Source of the DNA: an uncultured Dialister sp.
GTDB taxonomy: Bacteria > Bacillota > Negativicutes > Veillonellales > Dialisteraceae
DNA length: 64,000 nt
NCBI GenBank assembly: GCA_964587685.1
Contig: CAZPLS010000001.1
Location: forward strand, 14,134-78,133
Direction: 5' to 3'
Shown piece after piece: positions 37,387 to 48,148 of this stretch (its first letter is position 1; every line of letters begins with the position of its first letter). The translations under genes and the position numbers were made by a program. The notes under the pieces were generated by a model. That model did not search any database and was not told where the DNA came from. It saw nothing but the letters and a program-made list of their open reading frames with translations.

Positions 37387-38010
37387 CTATTTATCAAACC
37401 CGCAGGTACGGATAAACCGCGCCAGCTCATCAGACTTTGTTTTATAAGACACCCTGTTGCAGATGAGCCGCGCCGAAAGCTCCAGAAATTCCTCATACGC
37501 CTCGAGGCCATTCTCCCGGAGGGTGGTGCCCGTTTCAACGATATCCACGATCACATCGGCCAGCCCCACGAGGGGGGCCAGCTCCACCGAGCCGTTAAGC
37601 TTGATGATGTCCACCGGCTGGAAGCGACTCGCAAAGTACTGGCGGGCGATGCCGGGATACTTCGATGCCACGGTGAGAATCCGCTTCTTCATCACATCCC
37701 GCCGGCCCTGGATGCCCGATACGGCCATGCGGCAGGCCCCGATCCCCAGGTCCAGAATCTCGTACACATCCTCCGCGCCGTTTTCTATGAGAATGTCCTT
37801 CCCCACAATCCCCGCATCGGCGGCACCCCGGCGCACATACACCGCCACGTCGGGCGATTTGACCAGTGTCACCTTAAGAACTCCGGAAGCATCTGTAAAA
37901 ATCAGCTTCCGACTGTCATCGCTGTAAAGCGGAAATTCCCAGCCGCCCTTCTGCAGGCGGTGCATGACCGTTTTCGCTATCCGCCCCTTGGCCAGTGCAA
38001 TGTGAAGCAT
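37387..38010 (-). CDS. hisG: ATP phosphoribosyltransferase, short (HisZ-dependent) form
   Basis: 207 aa. LHIALAKGRI, GIVGKDIL and VDIVETGTTLREN motifs. Confidence 0.9.
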   Translation of the reverse strand: MLHIALAKGRIAKTVMHRLQKGGWEFPLYSDDSRKLIFTDASGVLKVTLVKSPDVAVYVRRGAADAGIVGKDILIENGAEDVYEILDLGIGACRMAVSGIQGRRDVMKKRILTVASKYPGIARQYFASRFQPVDIIKLNGSVELAPLVGLADVIVDIVETGTTLRENGLEAYEEFLELSARLICNRVSYKTKSDELARFIRTCGFDK

Positions 38011-38011
38011 G

Positions 38012-39226
38012 TCACAGCCTCCTCAGTCGGGCGTCAATGTCTTCCTTCGTGGCGGGCCGCCCATCCATTACATACCCGCCGCGATTCCAGTACACGACCA
38101 ATCGATAATCCTTCGGTGATATGGTGTTTCTTTCATTGGCACCGAGCACGGCAAAGCCCTCCCGGCGCCACCCATTGATATCCCGAATGAGCGACGACGA
38201 CACGATGTCGTAAATCACTGCCAGGTCCGCCGACGGCTGTATCGCCTCAAGCATGCCCGCCTCCGCCATGTATTCATAGAGAAGATTCATATTCATGCCA
38301 AACCCGCAGGCCGGCCGGCGGACATGAAACGCCTCAGACAAGCGGTCATACCGGCCGCCGCCGATGAGCGAATAGAGCGCCCCATGGGCATAAATTTTAA
38401 ATACCGAATCGGTGTAATAGCCCATGTGAGAGGTAAAGCCCAAATCCAGCTGCACCCGGTCTCCATAGCCGGCATGGACGAGGTAAGCATACACCTCCTT
38501 CGTCCGTTCCAGGGCCTGCGCCATGCCTCTGTTCAGAGCCATTTCCTCCGCCCGGCCCATAGTGGGCTCATAATTGCCGAACAACCGGGGCAGCGCCGTG
38601 AGCACACCCCGCTGCAGCTTCGTCACCGTCAGCTCGTCCGCCGTTTTTTGGAGTGCCACCAGATTGCGTTCCTCCAGCTCTCTCCGCACCCGGGCCAGCG
38701 TCTCCGGCGGGAGCTGCAGGTCCGCAAACAAGGCGTCCATATAAGCCACGGTCCCCAGGTCGATGCGCATGGAGGCGATCCCCAATTCCTCAAGAAATTC
38801 CGCGGCGGTGACAATGACCTCCCCGTCGCATTCCGGCGTGCCGTCTCCCAGCACCTCCATGCCGCTCTGCAGAAAATACTTGCCGTGAGTGGATTTTCCG
38901 TAATATTCCCGGAACACGGTCGACACGTAGCCAAACTTCAGCAGCTGCTTTGTATCAGGATACTCCCGGGCCACTGTTTTGACCAGCGGAAGTGTCACGT
39001 CCGGCCGCATAACCAGCACCGTGCCGTCCGCATCGATGGTTTTTACCATTTCCTTCTGCAGCGCGGGAAAATACTGTCCGTAGGTGTTGTAATCCTCAAA
39101 GGTGGGCGTCTGGATGATCCGGCAGCCGTGGCGATGCAGGACCTGCAGCACCTTCGTCTGAATGCGGTCATAATTGACCATTTCCTCCTCATGGACCATC
39201 TGTAATTCTTCCAATGTCTGCTTCAT
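38012..39226 (-). CDS. hisZ: ATP phosphoribosyltransferase regulatory subunit (HisRS paralogue)
   Basis: 404 aa class-II aaRS-like core without an anticodon-binding function. First gene of the his operon. Confidence 0.85.
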   Translation of the reverse strand: MKQTLEELQMVHEEEMVNYDRIQTKVLQVLHRHGCRIIQTPTFEDYNTYGQYFPALQKEMVKTIDADGTVLVMRPDVTLPLVKTVAREYPDTKQLLKFGYVSTVFREYYGKSTHGKYFLQSGMEVLGDGTPECDGEVIVTAAEFLEELGIASMRIDLGTVAYMDALFADLQLPPETLARVRRELEERNLVALQKTADELTVTKLQRGVLTALPRLFGNYEPTMGRAEEMALNRGMAQALERTKEVYAYLVHAGYGDRVQLDLGFTSHMGYYTDSVFKIYAHGALYSLIGGGRYDRLSEAFHVRRPACGFGMNMNLLYEYMAEAGMLEAIQPSADLAVIYDIVSSSLIRDINGWRREGFAVLGANERNTISPKDYRLVVYWNRGGYVMDGRPATKEDIDARLRRL

Positions 39227-39429
39227 GGCCCCTCCTGTTTCTGATGGTTGTATTTATATGGCAATACGTTATCACAGTAAAGAGAAAAAGTAAAGTCTTT
39301 TCTTTCAGAAGCCTGCCAATTCTCCATGCCCTGCCGCCTGCCTGCGCTCAGGCGAAGCACTTCCTATCACTGTTCTTTCTATGCTATATTACAAGTAAGG
39401 ACAATGCGTGGTAAACAGAGGAGATTCCC

Positions 39430-39792
39430 ATGAAACTTGCAAAGCTATGCCTCATCCTGTCTGCCGCGGTGCTGCTCACCGCCCTCTCTCCCTGTGCCGA
39501 TGCAGCCACCAACAAGGCCGCCGGTCAGGTCAACCGCACCCTGAGCCGGCTCAATGACAAGCGGGACACCCAGCTCCGGGACAACAGCCGGAGAGCCCGC
39601 ACGGAGCGGACGCAGCGCGCCCGGGAGCAGGCGCAGCCCGGCCATCCGCAAAACCGTACCCGGAAGCAGGCGGAAGACACGAGGAACCGCCTTGATACCA
39701 TTCAGGACAAGCAGACCGATATGAGAAACGCCCGGGAAAGAGACGCGGCGCAGAAAAAAGCGCAGCAGGAGGAGGAAAAAAAGAAATCGTAA
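39430..39792 (+). CDS. hypothetical exported, highly charged (R/Q/D/K/E-rich) low-complexity protein
   Basis: GAGGAG RBS. Signal peptide MKLAKLCLILSAAVLLTALSPCADA-A. Followed by a strong terminator. No family recognised. Confidence 0.55.
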   Translation: MKLAKLCLILSAAVLLTALSPCADAATNKAAGQVNRTLSRLNDKRDTQLRDNSRRARTERTQRAREQAQPGHPQNRTRKQAEDTRNRLDTIQDKQTDMRNARERDAAQKKAQQEEEKKKS

Positions 39793-39799
39793 GCACATG

Positions 39800-39830
39800 A
39801 AAACAGGCCCCGAAAGGAAGCCTGTTTTTC
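39800..39830. terminator. bidirectional intrinsic terminator (serves 39430-39792 and pyrD)
   Basis: AAACAGGC/GCCTGTTT stem flanked by A- and T-runs. Confidence 0.7.
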
Positions 39831-39836
39831 ATTGGT

Positions 39837-40748
39837 TTATTCCGTTTTGAACGTGCCCACCAGGTCAGATGCATTGGCCACGCCGCTCGCATCGCCCCAG
39901 GCGGAAAGCTCCGCCGCGATGCGGGCGATGGCGTCGGGGCTGGCCAGCGTAGCCGTCCCCACCTGCACGGCCGATGCGCCCACCACGAGGAATTCCGCAG
40001 CATCCTCACCGGTCATGATGCCGCCCAGGCCGCACACAGGGATATGCACCGCCCTCGCCACCTGCCACACCATGCGAAGGGCCACCGGCTTCACCGCCGG
40101 CCCGGAGAGCCCCCCTGTCACATTTCCAAGAATCGGCCGCCGGGTCCGCAAATCCACAGCAATGCCAAGAAGGGTATTGATGAGCGAAATGGCGTCAGCC
40201 CCCGCTTCCTCCACCGCTTTGGCAATGGCTACGATGTCCGTCACATTGGGCGACAGCTTGACCATGACCGGAAGGTCCGTGTGTGCCTTCACGATGCGGG
40301 TCACCTCCGCCGCCGTTTCCGGGTGCGTGCCGAAGGCAAGGCTGCCGTTCTTTACATTCGGGCAGGAAATATTCATTTCAAGGGCAGATATGCCCGGCAC
40401 GGTGAGCATTTCTGCCACCCGGCCATATTCTTCTTCCGTGTGTCCCACAATATTTGCGATCAGCGGAACGTCATACTGCCGAAGCCGGGGCAGGATATGT
40501 TCCACGAAATAGGGCGCGCCTGGATTTTCAAGACCGATGGCATTCAGCATGCCTGCGGACGTCTCCGCCACGCGCACACCGCTATTTCCTCCCCACGGCT
40601 CGCAGGCCAGGCCTTTCAGGGAAATGGCCCCCACGTCCCGATTCAAATCCAGGTAATCCGCATATTCCAGCCCAAAGCCGAACGTACCGGAGGCGGCGAT
40701 AAGTGGATTTTTCATGGACATGCCAAGGAAGTCGATGGATAGGTTCAT
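39837..40748 (-). CDS. pyrD: dihydroorotate dehydrogenase B (NAD+), catalytic subunit
   Basis: NPLIAASGTFGFG...NISCPNV...GGI motifs. Paired with pyrK. Confidence 0.9.
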   Translation of the reverse strand: MNLSIDFLGMSMKNPLIAASGTFGFGLEYADYLDLNRDVGAISLKGLACEPWGGNSGVRVAETSAGMLNAIGLENPGAPYFVEHILPRLRQYDVPLIANIVGHTEEEYGRVAEMLTVPGISALEMNISCPNVKNGSLAFGTHPETAAEVTRIVKAHTDLPVMVKLSPNVTDIVAIAKAVEEAGADAISLINTLLGIAVDLRTRRPILGNVTGGLSGPAVKPVALRMVWQVARAVHIPVCGLGGIMTGEDAAEFLVVGASAVQVGTATLASPDAIARIAAELSAWGDASGVANASDLVGTFKTE

Positions 40749-41512
40749 AATACGACCTCCCTTGAATTAAATACCGGACCGTTGAGGCAGACCTTGTAAT
40801 GGCCTTTGACGCCCCGCCGATCACACACGCAGGCAAGACAGCCCCCGGTTCCGCAGCCCATTCTCCGCTCGAGAGAGACCTCGCAGGCAATGCCGGCCTG
40901 CTCTGCCAATTCCGCCGTTTTTTTCATCATGATGCCCGGGCCGCAGGTAACCACTTCCTCCACGTCCTCCCGGGCCAATATGTCGGGAAGCACGGAAATG
41001 GCAAATCCTTTTATCCCGCAGGAACCGTCATCGGTGGTCACGATGAGCTCGCGCAGCGTTTCCGGAAAGAAATCCTTCCAGAATACCTCGTCCTTGTTCC
41101 GTCCCCCAATGGCCACCGTCATTTGCCCTGGTTTTGCCCGCCGGGCGGTAAACAGAATGGGCGCAATACCCACGCCGCCTCCCACGCCGACGAAATGGCC
41201 GGAGGGAATGGTAAATCCCCGTCCAAGGGGTCCCAGGCAGTCCACCACATCCCCTTCCTTCAGCCAGGAAAGGATCCGCGTGCCGCCGCCAACCACCCGG
41301 TAAAAGATTTCCACAATGCCCCGACCGGGCACCGTTCCCGCAATGGAAATGGGCCGGCGAAGGATGCGCGTGCCATCGGGAATGCGGATATTGACGAACT
41401 GACCGGGCACGGCCTCCCCGGCTATGCGGGGCAGTTCGATTTCCATGCGCCAGATATCCGGTCCGGCCAGCATATGCCTGCGAATGACACCTTTTTCTAT
41501 GTACCCTGCCAT
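40745..41512 (-). CDS. pyrK: dihydroorotate dehydrogenase electron-transfer subunit
   Basis: FNR-like fold (RRPISI) plus the C-terminal [2Fe-2S] motif CGTGGCLACVC. Confidence 0.9.
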   Translation of the reverse strand: MAGYIEKGVIRRHMLAGPDIWRMEIELPRIAGEAVPGQFVNIRIPDGTRILRRPISIAGTVPGRGIVEIFYRVVGGGTRILSWLKEGDVVDCLGPLGRGFTIPSGHFVGVGGGVGIAPILFTARRAKPGQMTVAIGGRNKDEVFWKDFFPETLRELIVTTDDGSCGIKGFAISVLPDILAREDVEEVVTCGPGIMMKKTAELAEQAGIACEVSLERRMGCGTGGCLACVCDRRGVKGHYKVCLNGPVFNSREVVL

Positions 41513-41513
41513 A

Positions 41514-44500
41514 TCATTCCTCCTTTACATAATCCTGCATAGCCTCCACATGGGTAATGTTGGAGTGGCCCGCCATGACGTTCAGCACCTCCCGGGCCGT
41601 ATCCAGGGATGTGAGACAGGGGATGGCCAGTTCCACTGCGATGCGGCGCAGGTCATAGCCCTGCTGCTCTATTTCCGTTCCGTAGGAAATGGTGTTGATC
41701 ACCGCGTCCACCCGGCCGGACTTGAGGTAATTTTCGCAATTCTCCCCTTTTTCGTTCATCTTTTTCACGATTTCCACAGCGATGCCCTTTTCGCGGAAAT
41801 ACGCCCCCGTTCCGGAAGTGCAGATGATATGATACCCTGCCGCGGCAAAGCCTCTGGCCACCTCTGCGGCCTCCTCCTTGTCTCTGTCGCTCACCGTAAT
41901 CAGAATGTTGCCCTCGGCAGGCACATCCAGATTGGACGCCACCACCGCCTTGTACAGCGCTTCCTGGTAGCTGTGACCGATGCCCATTACCTCTCCGGTG
42001 GACTTCATTTCCGGTCCGAGCTTGATTTCCACAAGGCCCAGCTTCGAGAACGAGAATACCGGCGCTTTGATTGCCACATACGGCTTTGGCTTCATCAGCC
42101 CCAGCGGAACACCGAGCGCGACCAGAGGCGTGCCGAGCGCCACCCGAACAGCGCACTCCACCATATTGATGCCGGTGACCTTGCTCATGAACGGCACCGT
42201 GCGGGAAGCACGCGGATTGACTTCTATCACATAGACCTTGTCCTGGACCACGATAAACTGGATGTTCACCAGCCCCTTTACATTCATGGCGCAGGCAATG
42301 TCCTTCGTATATTTCACCAGCGTATCAATGATCTCCTGAGACAGGTGCTGCGGCGGATAGACCGCAAACGAGTCGCCGGAATGAACGCCCGCTCGCTCAA
42401 TCTGCTCCATGATGCCGGGGATGCATACGTCAATGCCGTCGGAAATGGCGTCCACTTCCACCTCGCGGCCCACCATGTACTGGTCAATCAGCACCGGGTG
42501 CTCGTGAGAGGCCACCACCGCTTCGCGCAGGTACTGTATCAGCTCTGCTTCCTCATACACAATCTGCATGGCGCGGCCGCCCAGGACATAGCTCGGCCGG
42601 ACAATAAGGGGATAATCCAATTCCTTTGTCTTTTCCAGCGCTTCCGCCACGCTTTCCACAAGGCATCCCTTCGGACGGGGAATCCGCAGCTGACCCATGA
42701 GTGTGTCAAAACGCTCTCTGTCCTCAGCCAGGTCAATGCCTTCGTTGGACGTGCCGATGATGCGCACGCCCTGCTTGGCCATGGGTGATGCCAGATTGAT
42801 GGCCGTCTGTCCGCCGAACTGGCAGATAACGCCTTCGGGCTTTTCCTTTTCAATGATCTCCATCACGTCTTCTTCCGTGAGCGGCTCGAAGTAAAGCGCG
42901 TCCGACGTGTCAAAGTCGGTGGACACCGTTTCCGGGTTGTTATTGATGACAATGGAACGCTTCCCTGCCTTGCGCAGCGCCCAGGAGGCGTGAACGGAGC
43001 AGTAATCAAATTCGATACCCTGACCGATACGGATGGGGCCGGAGCCAAAGACCACCACGGAATTCTCTCCCTGCGGTTTCACCTCGTCCTCCTGTCCGTA
43101 GGTGGAGTAGTAGTACGGCGTGTGTGCTTCAAATTCGGCGGCGCAGGTGTCCACCATCTTGTAGTCCGGATGAATCTGCAGCTTCTTTTTCAGCCGGGTG
43201 ACATCCTTCGTATCCTCCGGAATGAAGTGGGCAATGGCGCTGTCGGGCATGTGAATGCGCTTGGCATTGCGGAGCGTATCCTCATTGAGGCCTTCCTTCC
43301 GGAGCCGTTCCTCTGCCATGATGATGTTTTTGATTTTATAGAGGAAGAACAGATCGATTTTGGTAATGCGGTTGATTTCCTCCGGTTCAATGCCGCGCCA
43401 CAGCGCTTCTGCGACAACGAAAAGACGTTCATCATCCACCCGATGAAGGAGGCAGCGAATGTCGTACAGAGACTGATTGTCCAGCTTGGCCAGGTGAATG
43501 TATCCCTCGCCCACCTCCAGGCAGCGCATGGCCTTAATCAGCGCCCCTTCAAACGTGCGGTCAATAGCCATCACCTCGCCGGTTGCCTTCATCTGTGTGC
43601 CGATGGCGCGGTCGGCAAGGGTAAACTTCTCAAAGGGCCACCGCGGGAATTTCAGCACCACGTAGTCAATGGACGGCTCAAAGCAGGCTTTTGTATTGCC
43701 CGTAATGGCATTGGTGATTTCATCAAGATGCATGCCAAGCGCAATTTTGGCCGCTACCTTCGCAATGGGATACCCCGTCGCTTTGGACGCAAGGGCGGAA
43801 GAACGACTCACCCGGGGATTCACTTCGATGACATAGTAATTGTTTGTCCGCGAATCAAGAGCGTACTGCACGTTGCAGCCCCCTTCAATTTCCAGGTAGC
43901 GGATGATCTGGATGGACGCCGTGCGAAGCATCTGAAACTGCTGATCCGTCAGCGTCTGTGTCGGCGCCACGACAATGGAATCGCCGGTATGAACACCTAC
44001 CGGATCCACGTTTTCCATGGAGCAGACAATGATGCAGTTGTCCGCGCTGTCGCGCATCACTTCAAATTCAATTTCCTTCCATCCCGCAACGCTGCGTTCC
44101 ACGAGAATCTGATTGATGGGAGACAGCTTGATGCCGCGAGTGGCAATTTCCTCCATTTCATACCGGTCGTGGGCAATGCCGCCGCCAGTACCGCCCAGGG
44201 TGTAGGCAGGGCGGATGATAACCGGATACCCGATCTTCTCCGCAAAGGCCATGGCCGGTTCAAGCTCCTCAAATACGTCCGATTCCGGTACGGGCTGGTT
44301 GATTTCCTCCATGGCCTTCTTAAAGAGCTCCCGGTCCTCCGCGTGCTGAATCGCCCGCAGGGAGGTACCGAGCAGCTTCACGTTGTACTCGTCCAGCACG
44401 CCCGCATTGGCCAGCTGCACGGCCATATTGAGGCCCACTTGCCCGCCGAGTGTGGCCAGCAGCGCATCGGGCCGTTCTTTTTTGATCACTTCCGTCACAA

Positions 44501-44714
44501 AAGGAAGTGTGATCGGTTCAATATAAACTCTGTCCGCAATATCCGCATCGGTCATAATGGTGGAAGGATTGCTGTTCACCAGCACCACCTCGATGCCCTC
44601 TTCATGAAGCGACCGGCAGGCCTGCGTACCGGCATAGTCAAATTCTGCCGCCTGGCCGATGATGATTGGTCCGGAACCAATAACCAAAACTTTCTTTATC
44701 TCTGGATTTATCAT
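41514..44714 (-). CDS. carB: carbamoyl-phosphate synthase large subunit
   Basis: 1066 aa, duplicated ATP-grasp halves, typical N-terminus [26 protein letters not shown]. Confidence 0.95.
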   Translation of the reverse strand: MINPEIKKVLVIGSGPIIIGQAAEFDYAGTQACRSLHEEGIEVVLVNSNPSTIMTDADIADRVYIEPITLPFVTEVIKKERPDALLATLGGQVGLNMAVQLANAGVLDEYNVKLLGTSLRAIQHAEDRELFKKAMEEINQPVPESDVFEELEPAMAFAEKIGYPVIIRPAYTLGGTGGGIAHDRYEMEEIATRGIKLSPINQILVERSVAGWKEIEFEVMRDSADNCIIVCSMENVDPVGVHTGDSIVVAPTQTLTDQQFQMLRTASIQIIRYLEIEGGCNVQYALDSRTNNYYVIEVNPRVSRSSALASKATGYPIAKVAAKIALGMHLDEITNAITGNTKACFEPSIDYVVLKFPRWPFEKFTLADRAIGTQMKATGEVMAIDRTFEGALIKAMRCLEVGEGYIHLAKLDNQSLYDIRCLLHRVDDERLFVVAEALWRGIEPEEINRITKIDLFFLYKIKNIIMAEERLRKEGLNEDTLRNAKRIHMPDSAIAHFIPEDTKDVTRLKKKLQIHPDYKMVDTCAAEFEAHTPYYYSTYGQEDEVKPQGENSVVVFGSGPIRIGQGIEFDYCSVHASWALRKAGKRSIVINNNPETVSTDFDTSDALYFEPLTEEDVMEIIEKEKPEGVICQFGGQTAINLASPMAKQGVRIIGTSNEGIDLAEDRERFDTLMGQLRIPRPKGCLVESVAEALEKTKELDYPLIVRPSYVLGGRAMQIVYEEAELIQYLREAVVASHEHPVLIDQYMVGREVEVDAISDGIDVCIPGIMEQIERAGVHSGDSFAVYPPQHLSQEIIDTLVKYTKDIACAMNVKGLVNIQFIVVQDKVYVIEVNPRASRTVPFMSKVTGINMVECAVRVALGTPLVALGVPLGLMKPKPYVAIKAPVFSFSKLGLVEIKLGPEMKSTGEVMGIGHSYQEALYKAVVASNLDVPAEGNILITVSDRDKEEAAEVARGFAAAGYHIICTSGTGAYFREKGIAVEIVKKMNEKGENCENYLKSGRVDAVINTISYGTEIEQQGYDLRRIAVELAIPCLTSLDTAREVLNVMAGHSNITHVEAMQDYVKEE

Positions 44715-45775
44715 TTGGCAGCGGCCTCCATTGCTTCTTTAAACTGGGTGAACAGGTAGTAATTGTCCGTCGGTCCGGGAGCGGCCTCCGGGTGGTACTG
44801 CACGGCCTGAATGGGAAGCGTTTTGTGGCGGAACCCTTCTATGGTTCCGTCATTGATGCTCCGGTGCGTCACCTCGAGGCAGTCAGGGAGCCCCTCATCT
44901 GACACGGCATAGCCATGGTTCTGGCTGGTAATGTACACGCGGCCCGTGCGAAAATCCTTGACAGGGTGATTGGCGCCGCGGTGGCCGAAGGGCAGCTTGA
45001 AGGTACGCGCCCCGAAGGCAAGGGCCAGCACCTGCAGGCCCATGCAGATCCCGAACACAGGCTTTTTGTCCGCAATCTGCTGCACCGTCTTCACCACATA
45101 GTCCAGGTCCTGCGGATCTCCCGGTCCGGGCGACAGGAAGATGCCGTCCGGTGCAATGGACAGGAGCTCCTCCGCCGGTGTGTCCGATGGGAAGACATGG
45201 ACCGTGCAGTCATTGACCGCAAGGCTCACGAGAATATTTTTCTTCAGCCCGCAGTCAAGGAGGGCTACCTTGTACTTACCGTTTCCATAGGTGTAGGGTA
45301 CCGCGGTGGTCACCCGCTTCACCTGGTCCCGATGGAGCGGCTGGGACAGCCATTCCCTGATGTCCTCTTCCCTGCGGTCCGCACTGACAATGACCCCCTT
45401 CATCACGCCCTGCGAACGAAGGGTGCGCGTCACCGCCCGGGTGTCCACATGGTACAGGCAGGGCACCCGATACCGCCTGATGAAATCCGATATGGATTCC
45501 CTGCATTCCCAGTTGCTGGGGTGGAAGCAGATTTGGTCCAACACATACCCGGCCGCAGCGGGCTTGGCATTCTGCATGAACGCGTCGTTTGCGCCGTAGT
45601 TGCCGATGAGGGGATAGGTGAGCGTCAGAATCTGGCCTTCATAGGAAGGGTCCGTAAAGCATTCCTGATAGCCGGTCATGCCGGTATTAAACACAACCTC
45701 CCCGAGCCCTTCGGCCGTACCGAGGAGCTCTCCTTCAAAACGGGCTCCGTTTTCCAGTATGAGATACCCTTTCAT
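44711..45775 (-). CDS. carA: carbamoyl-phosphate synthase small (glutaminase) subunit
   Basis: 354 aa. GICMGLQ catalytic Cys and YHPEA motif. Confidence 0.95.
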   Translation of the reverse strand: MKGYLILENGARFEGELLGTAEGLGEVVFNTGMTGYQECFTDPSYEGQILTLTYPLIGNYGANDAFMQNAKPAAAGYVLDQICFHPSNWECRESISDFIRRYRVPCLYHVDTRAVTRTLRSQGVMKGVIVSADRREEDIREWLSQPLHRDQVKRVTTAVPYTYGNGKYKVALLDCGLKKNILVSLAVNDCTVHVFPSDTPAEELLSIAPDGIFLSPGPGDPQDLDYVVKTVQQIADKKPVFGICMGLQVLALAFGARTFKLPFGHRGANHPVKDFRTGRVYITSQNHGYAVSDEGLPDCLEVTHRSINDGTIEGFRHKTLPIQAVQYHPEAAPGPTDNYYLFTQFKEAMEAAAK

Positions 45776-47064
45776 TTCAGCACTTTCCCTTCCTTCATCA
45801 CAATGTCTCCATCCACCACCGTGAGCACAGCCTTTCCCTTCAGTGTAACGCCTTCAAAAGGGGTAAAGAGAGCTTTGGTGTAGAGCTCTTTTCCGTACAC
45901 GGTCCACTCCTTATTGGGATCTATGACCGTCACATCCGCCGGCGCGCCCTCAGCCAGAGAGCCCCCCTCCACGCCGAGCAGGCGGGCGGGATTGACAGAC
46001 ATGAGCTCCACAATGCGGTCTATGGTTATGCGCCCTTTGTGGTACAGCTCCGTCAGAACCGCGGCCAGAGAGGTTTCCAGCCCGGCGATGCCGTTGGGAG
46101 CACAGCAGAACGGCGCGTCCTTTTCCTCATTCGTATGCGGCGCGTGGTCCGTAATAATGGCATCTATCGTCCCGTCAAGCAGACCCTCAATCAGTGCCTG
46201 CCGATCCTCCTCCGTGCGAATGGGCGGCGCCATTTTAAATGCCGTATCATAATTTCTCAGGCAGTCATCGGTGAAAAAGAGGTGCTGCGCCGTCACTTCC
46301 GTCGACACCGAATACCCATCTGCCTTGGCCCGGCGAATCAGCTCCACCGCGCCCTTGGAGCTCACATGGGCAATATGCACATGGCAGCCCGTGAGCCTTG
46401 ACAGAATGATATCTCTTGCCACTGCCAGGTCCTCCCCGGCCGCCGGCCTGCCCGTAACGCCGATGCGGTAGGACACCTTTCCTTCATTCATGTAACCGTC
46501 GCCGCACATGGTCATATCCTCCGCATGATCAATGACCATGCGGCCGAACATGTTTGCATATTCCATGGCCCGGCGCATAAAATTGGCGCTTTCCACATAA
46601 TGGCCGTCATCAGAGAATGCCGCAGCGCCGGCCGCCGCCATATCTCCCATTTCGGAAAGCTGCTTTCCCTCAAGATTCTTTGACACGGCTCCGATAATGC
46701 TTACCTTCACCACGCCCAGACGCTCCGCTCGCTTCTGCACGTCGCGGAGAACGGCCGCATTGTCAATGACCGGCGATGTATTGGCCATAGTCGCTACGCG
46801 GGTCACCCCTCCGGCAGCGGCCGCCTGCGTGCCGGTATACATGTCTTCCTTTGCTTCCTGCCCCGGTTCCCGGAGGTGCACATGCATATCTATGAGCCCG
46901 GGAACCACAAAGCATCCCTTTGCATCGTATATGTCCGCCGACGCATCCGCTTCGGCCGTCCCGCCGGCAGCGAGGATGCGCCCGTTTTTGATCACCACAT
47001 CGCCCGCCTCATGCTGACCCATGGCCGGATTGATGATGATGCCGTTCTTAATGATCAGCTTCAA
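45772..47064 (-). CDS. pyrC: dihydroorotase
   Basis: GLIDMHVHLREPG and ITDHAPH amidohydrolase motifs. Confidence 0.9.
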   Translation of the reverse strand: MKLIIKNGIIINPAMGQHEAGDVVIKNGRILAAGGTAEADASADIYDAKGCFVVPGLIDMHVHLREPGQEAKEDMYTGTQAAAAGGVTRVATMANTSPVIDNAAVLRDVQKRAERLGVVKVSIIGAVSKNLEGKQLSEMGDMAAAGAAAFSDDGHYVESANFMRRAMEYANMFGRMVIDHAEDMTMCGDGYMNEGKVSYRIGVTGRPAAGEDLAVARDIILSRLTGCHVHIAHVSSKGAVELIRRAKADGYSVSTEVTAQHLFFTDDCLRNYDTAFKMAPPIRTEEDRQALIEGLLDGTIDAIITDHAPHTNEEKDAPFCCAPNGIAGLETSLAAVLTELYHKGRITIDRIVELMSVNPARLLGVEGGSLAEGAPADVTVIDPNKEWTVYGKELYTKALFTPFEGVTLKGKAVLTVVDGDIVMKEGKVLK

Positions 47065-48013
47065 GGTTCTTCCCCTCCGTCAGTGTCAAATACAAAAGCG
47101 CCATTCGAATGGCCACGCCGTTTCGCACTTCTTCCTGAATCATGGATTGTTCATCATAGGCCACATCATAGGCAATCTCTACACCCCGATTCATCGGCCC
47201 GGGATGGAGCACGACTGCATGCGGTTTGGCCAGTCGGAGCCGCGCCGCCGTGAGGCCGAACACGCGGGCATATTCCCGAAGTGTCGGGATAAAGCCTGCC
47301 GCCGACCGTTCCAATTGAATGCGAAGTACATTCACCGCATCGGCATCCCGCAATGCCTCTTCAATGCTGTCGTCAATCACCACGCCCAAATCGGCAAGCT
47401 CCGGCGGCACCAGCGTGCGCGGTCCGTAGAGATGCACCTTTGCCCCCATTTTGAGAAAACCGTAAATATCGCTTCTTGCCACACGGGAATGCAGAACATC
47501 TCCCAGGATGACATACTTCATCCCCTCAAAGGGAATGCCAGCCTGTCTGACCGTATAGAGATCAAGAAGCGCCTGGCTCGGATGCTCATGCGCACCGTCC
47601 CCGCCATTAAATATAACCGGGGTCTTCACCAGAGGACTCCATACCTTAGATGCAAAAAGAGCGGCGCCCTCTGACGAATCACGAATGACTACCGCATCCA
47701 CCCCCATCGCAAAAACGGTCAGGAGGGTATCTCTCATGCTCTCCCCTTTCGTCATCGAGCTGCCGCTCTTTGTAATATTCACCACATCCGCACCAAGATA
47801 CTTTCCTGCCAGCTCGAAGGAACTGCGGGTCCGCGTGGATGCTTCCGAAAAAACAGTAACAATGGATTTCCCTTTCAGATACTCTTTTTTCTTATTCCCT
47901 GAAAGCACGATCCGTTTCATCTGATCAGCCATCTCAAGCACACGTCGGATTTCATCTGCCGTAAGATCTTCCAGCCCCAAGATGGAACGTCCGGTGAGCA
48001 CAACCTCTCCCAT
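47048..48013 (-). CDS. pyrB: aspartate carbamoyltransferase catalytic subunit
   Basis: SEASTRTRSSFE carbamoyl-phosphate motif, plus HPSQ and HPGPMNRG. Confidence 0.9.
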   Translation of the reverse strand: MGEVVLTGRSILGLEDLTADEIRRVLEMADQMKRIVLSGNKKKEYLKGKSIVTVFSEASTRTRSSFELAGKYLGADVVNITKSGSSMTKGESMRDTLLTVFAMGVDAVVIRDSSEGAALFASKVWSPLVKTPVIFNGGDGAHEHPSQALLDLYTVRQAGIPFEGMKYVILGDVLHSRVARSDIYGFLKMGAKVHLYGPRTLVPPELADLGVVIDDSIEEALRDADAVNVLRIQLERSAAGFIPTLREYARVFGLTAARLRLAKPHAVVLHPGPMNRGVEIAYDVAYDEQSMIQEEVRNGVAIRMALLYLTLTEGKNLEADH

Positions 48014-48148
48014 GTCGGCCTCCTTTCCCCTGCGCTTTCGCGCATGGAGGGAAATACCCGCCGCCCCGCGGCCCCGTGTATTTCCCTCCTGTCAAATGTA
48101 AAATGTTCCATTCCCATCAATAATAAAGGACATACAGGCAAAATTCAA
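48014..48148 (-). promoter_or_regulatory. putative pyr operon promoter and about 100-nt structured leader
   Basis: On the minus strand: TTGAAT (48143-48148, overlapping the OLD stop), 17 nt, TATTAT (48120-48125). Perfect 12-bp hairpin GGAGGGAAATAC/GTATTTCCCTCC (48045-48088). GCGCGAAAGCGC mini-hairpin, then the GGAAAGGAGG RBS. Confidence 0.4.

Noticed and set aside
36115-38178. 687-aa ORF on the plus strand, the longest non-annotated ORF in the window
   Set aside because: It is exactly antisense to hisD/hisG/hisZ, whose products are unmistakable. The translation is Arg/His/Pro/Gly-rich low complexity with no motif and no RBS. This is a typical stop-codon-poor antisense frame in a GC-rich gene.
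39227-39429. His T-box or leader-peptide attenuator ahead of hisZ
   Set aside because: The likely promoter (TTTACT-17-TATAAA) leaves only about 25 nt of leader. There is no T-box sequence, no His-codon run and no terminator hairpin.
42990-44759. 589-aa plus-strand ORF antisense to carB; similar cases at 41424-42788, 19286-20677, 7707-8756, 9941-10942, 23654-24559 and 24596-25600
   Set aside because: All lie fully inside strongly supported genes on the opposite strand. All have the same Arg/His/Pro-rich composition and lack start-site signals. I treated them as antisense artefacts.
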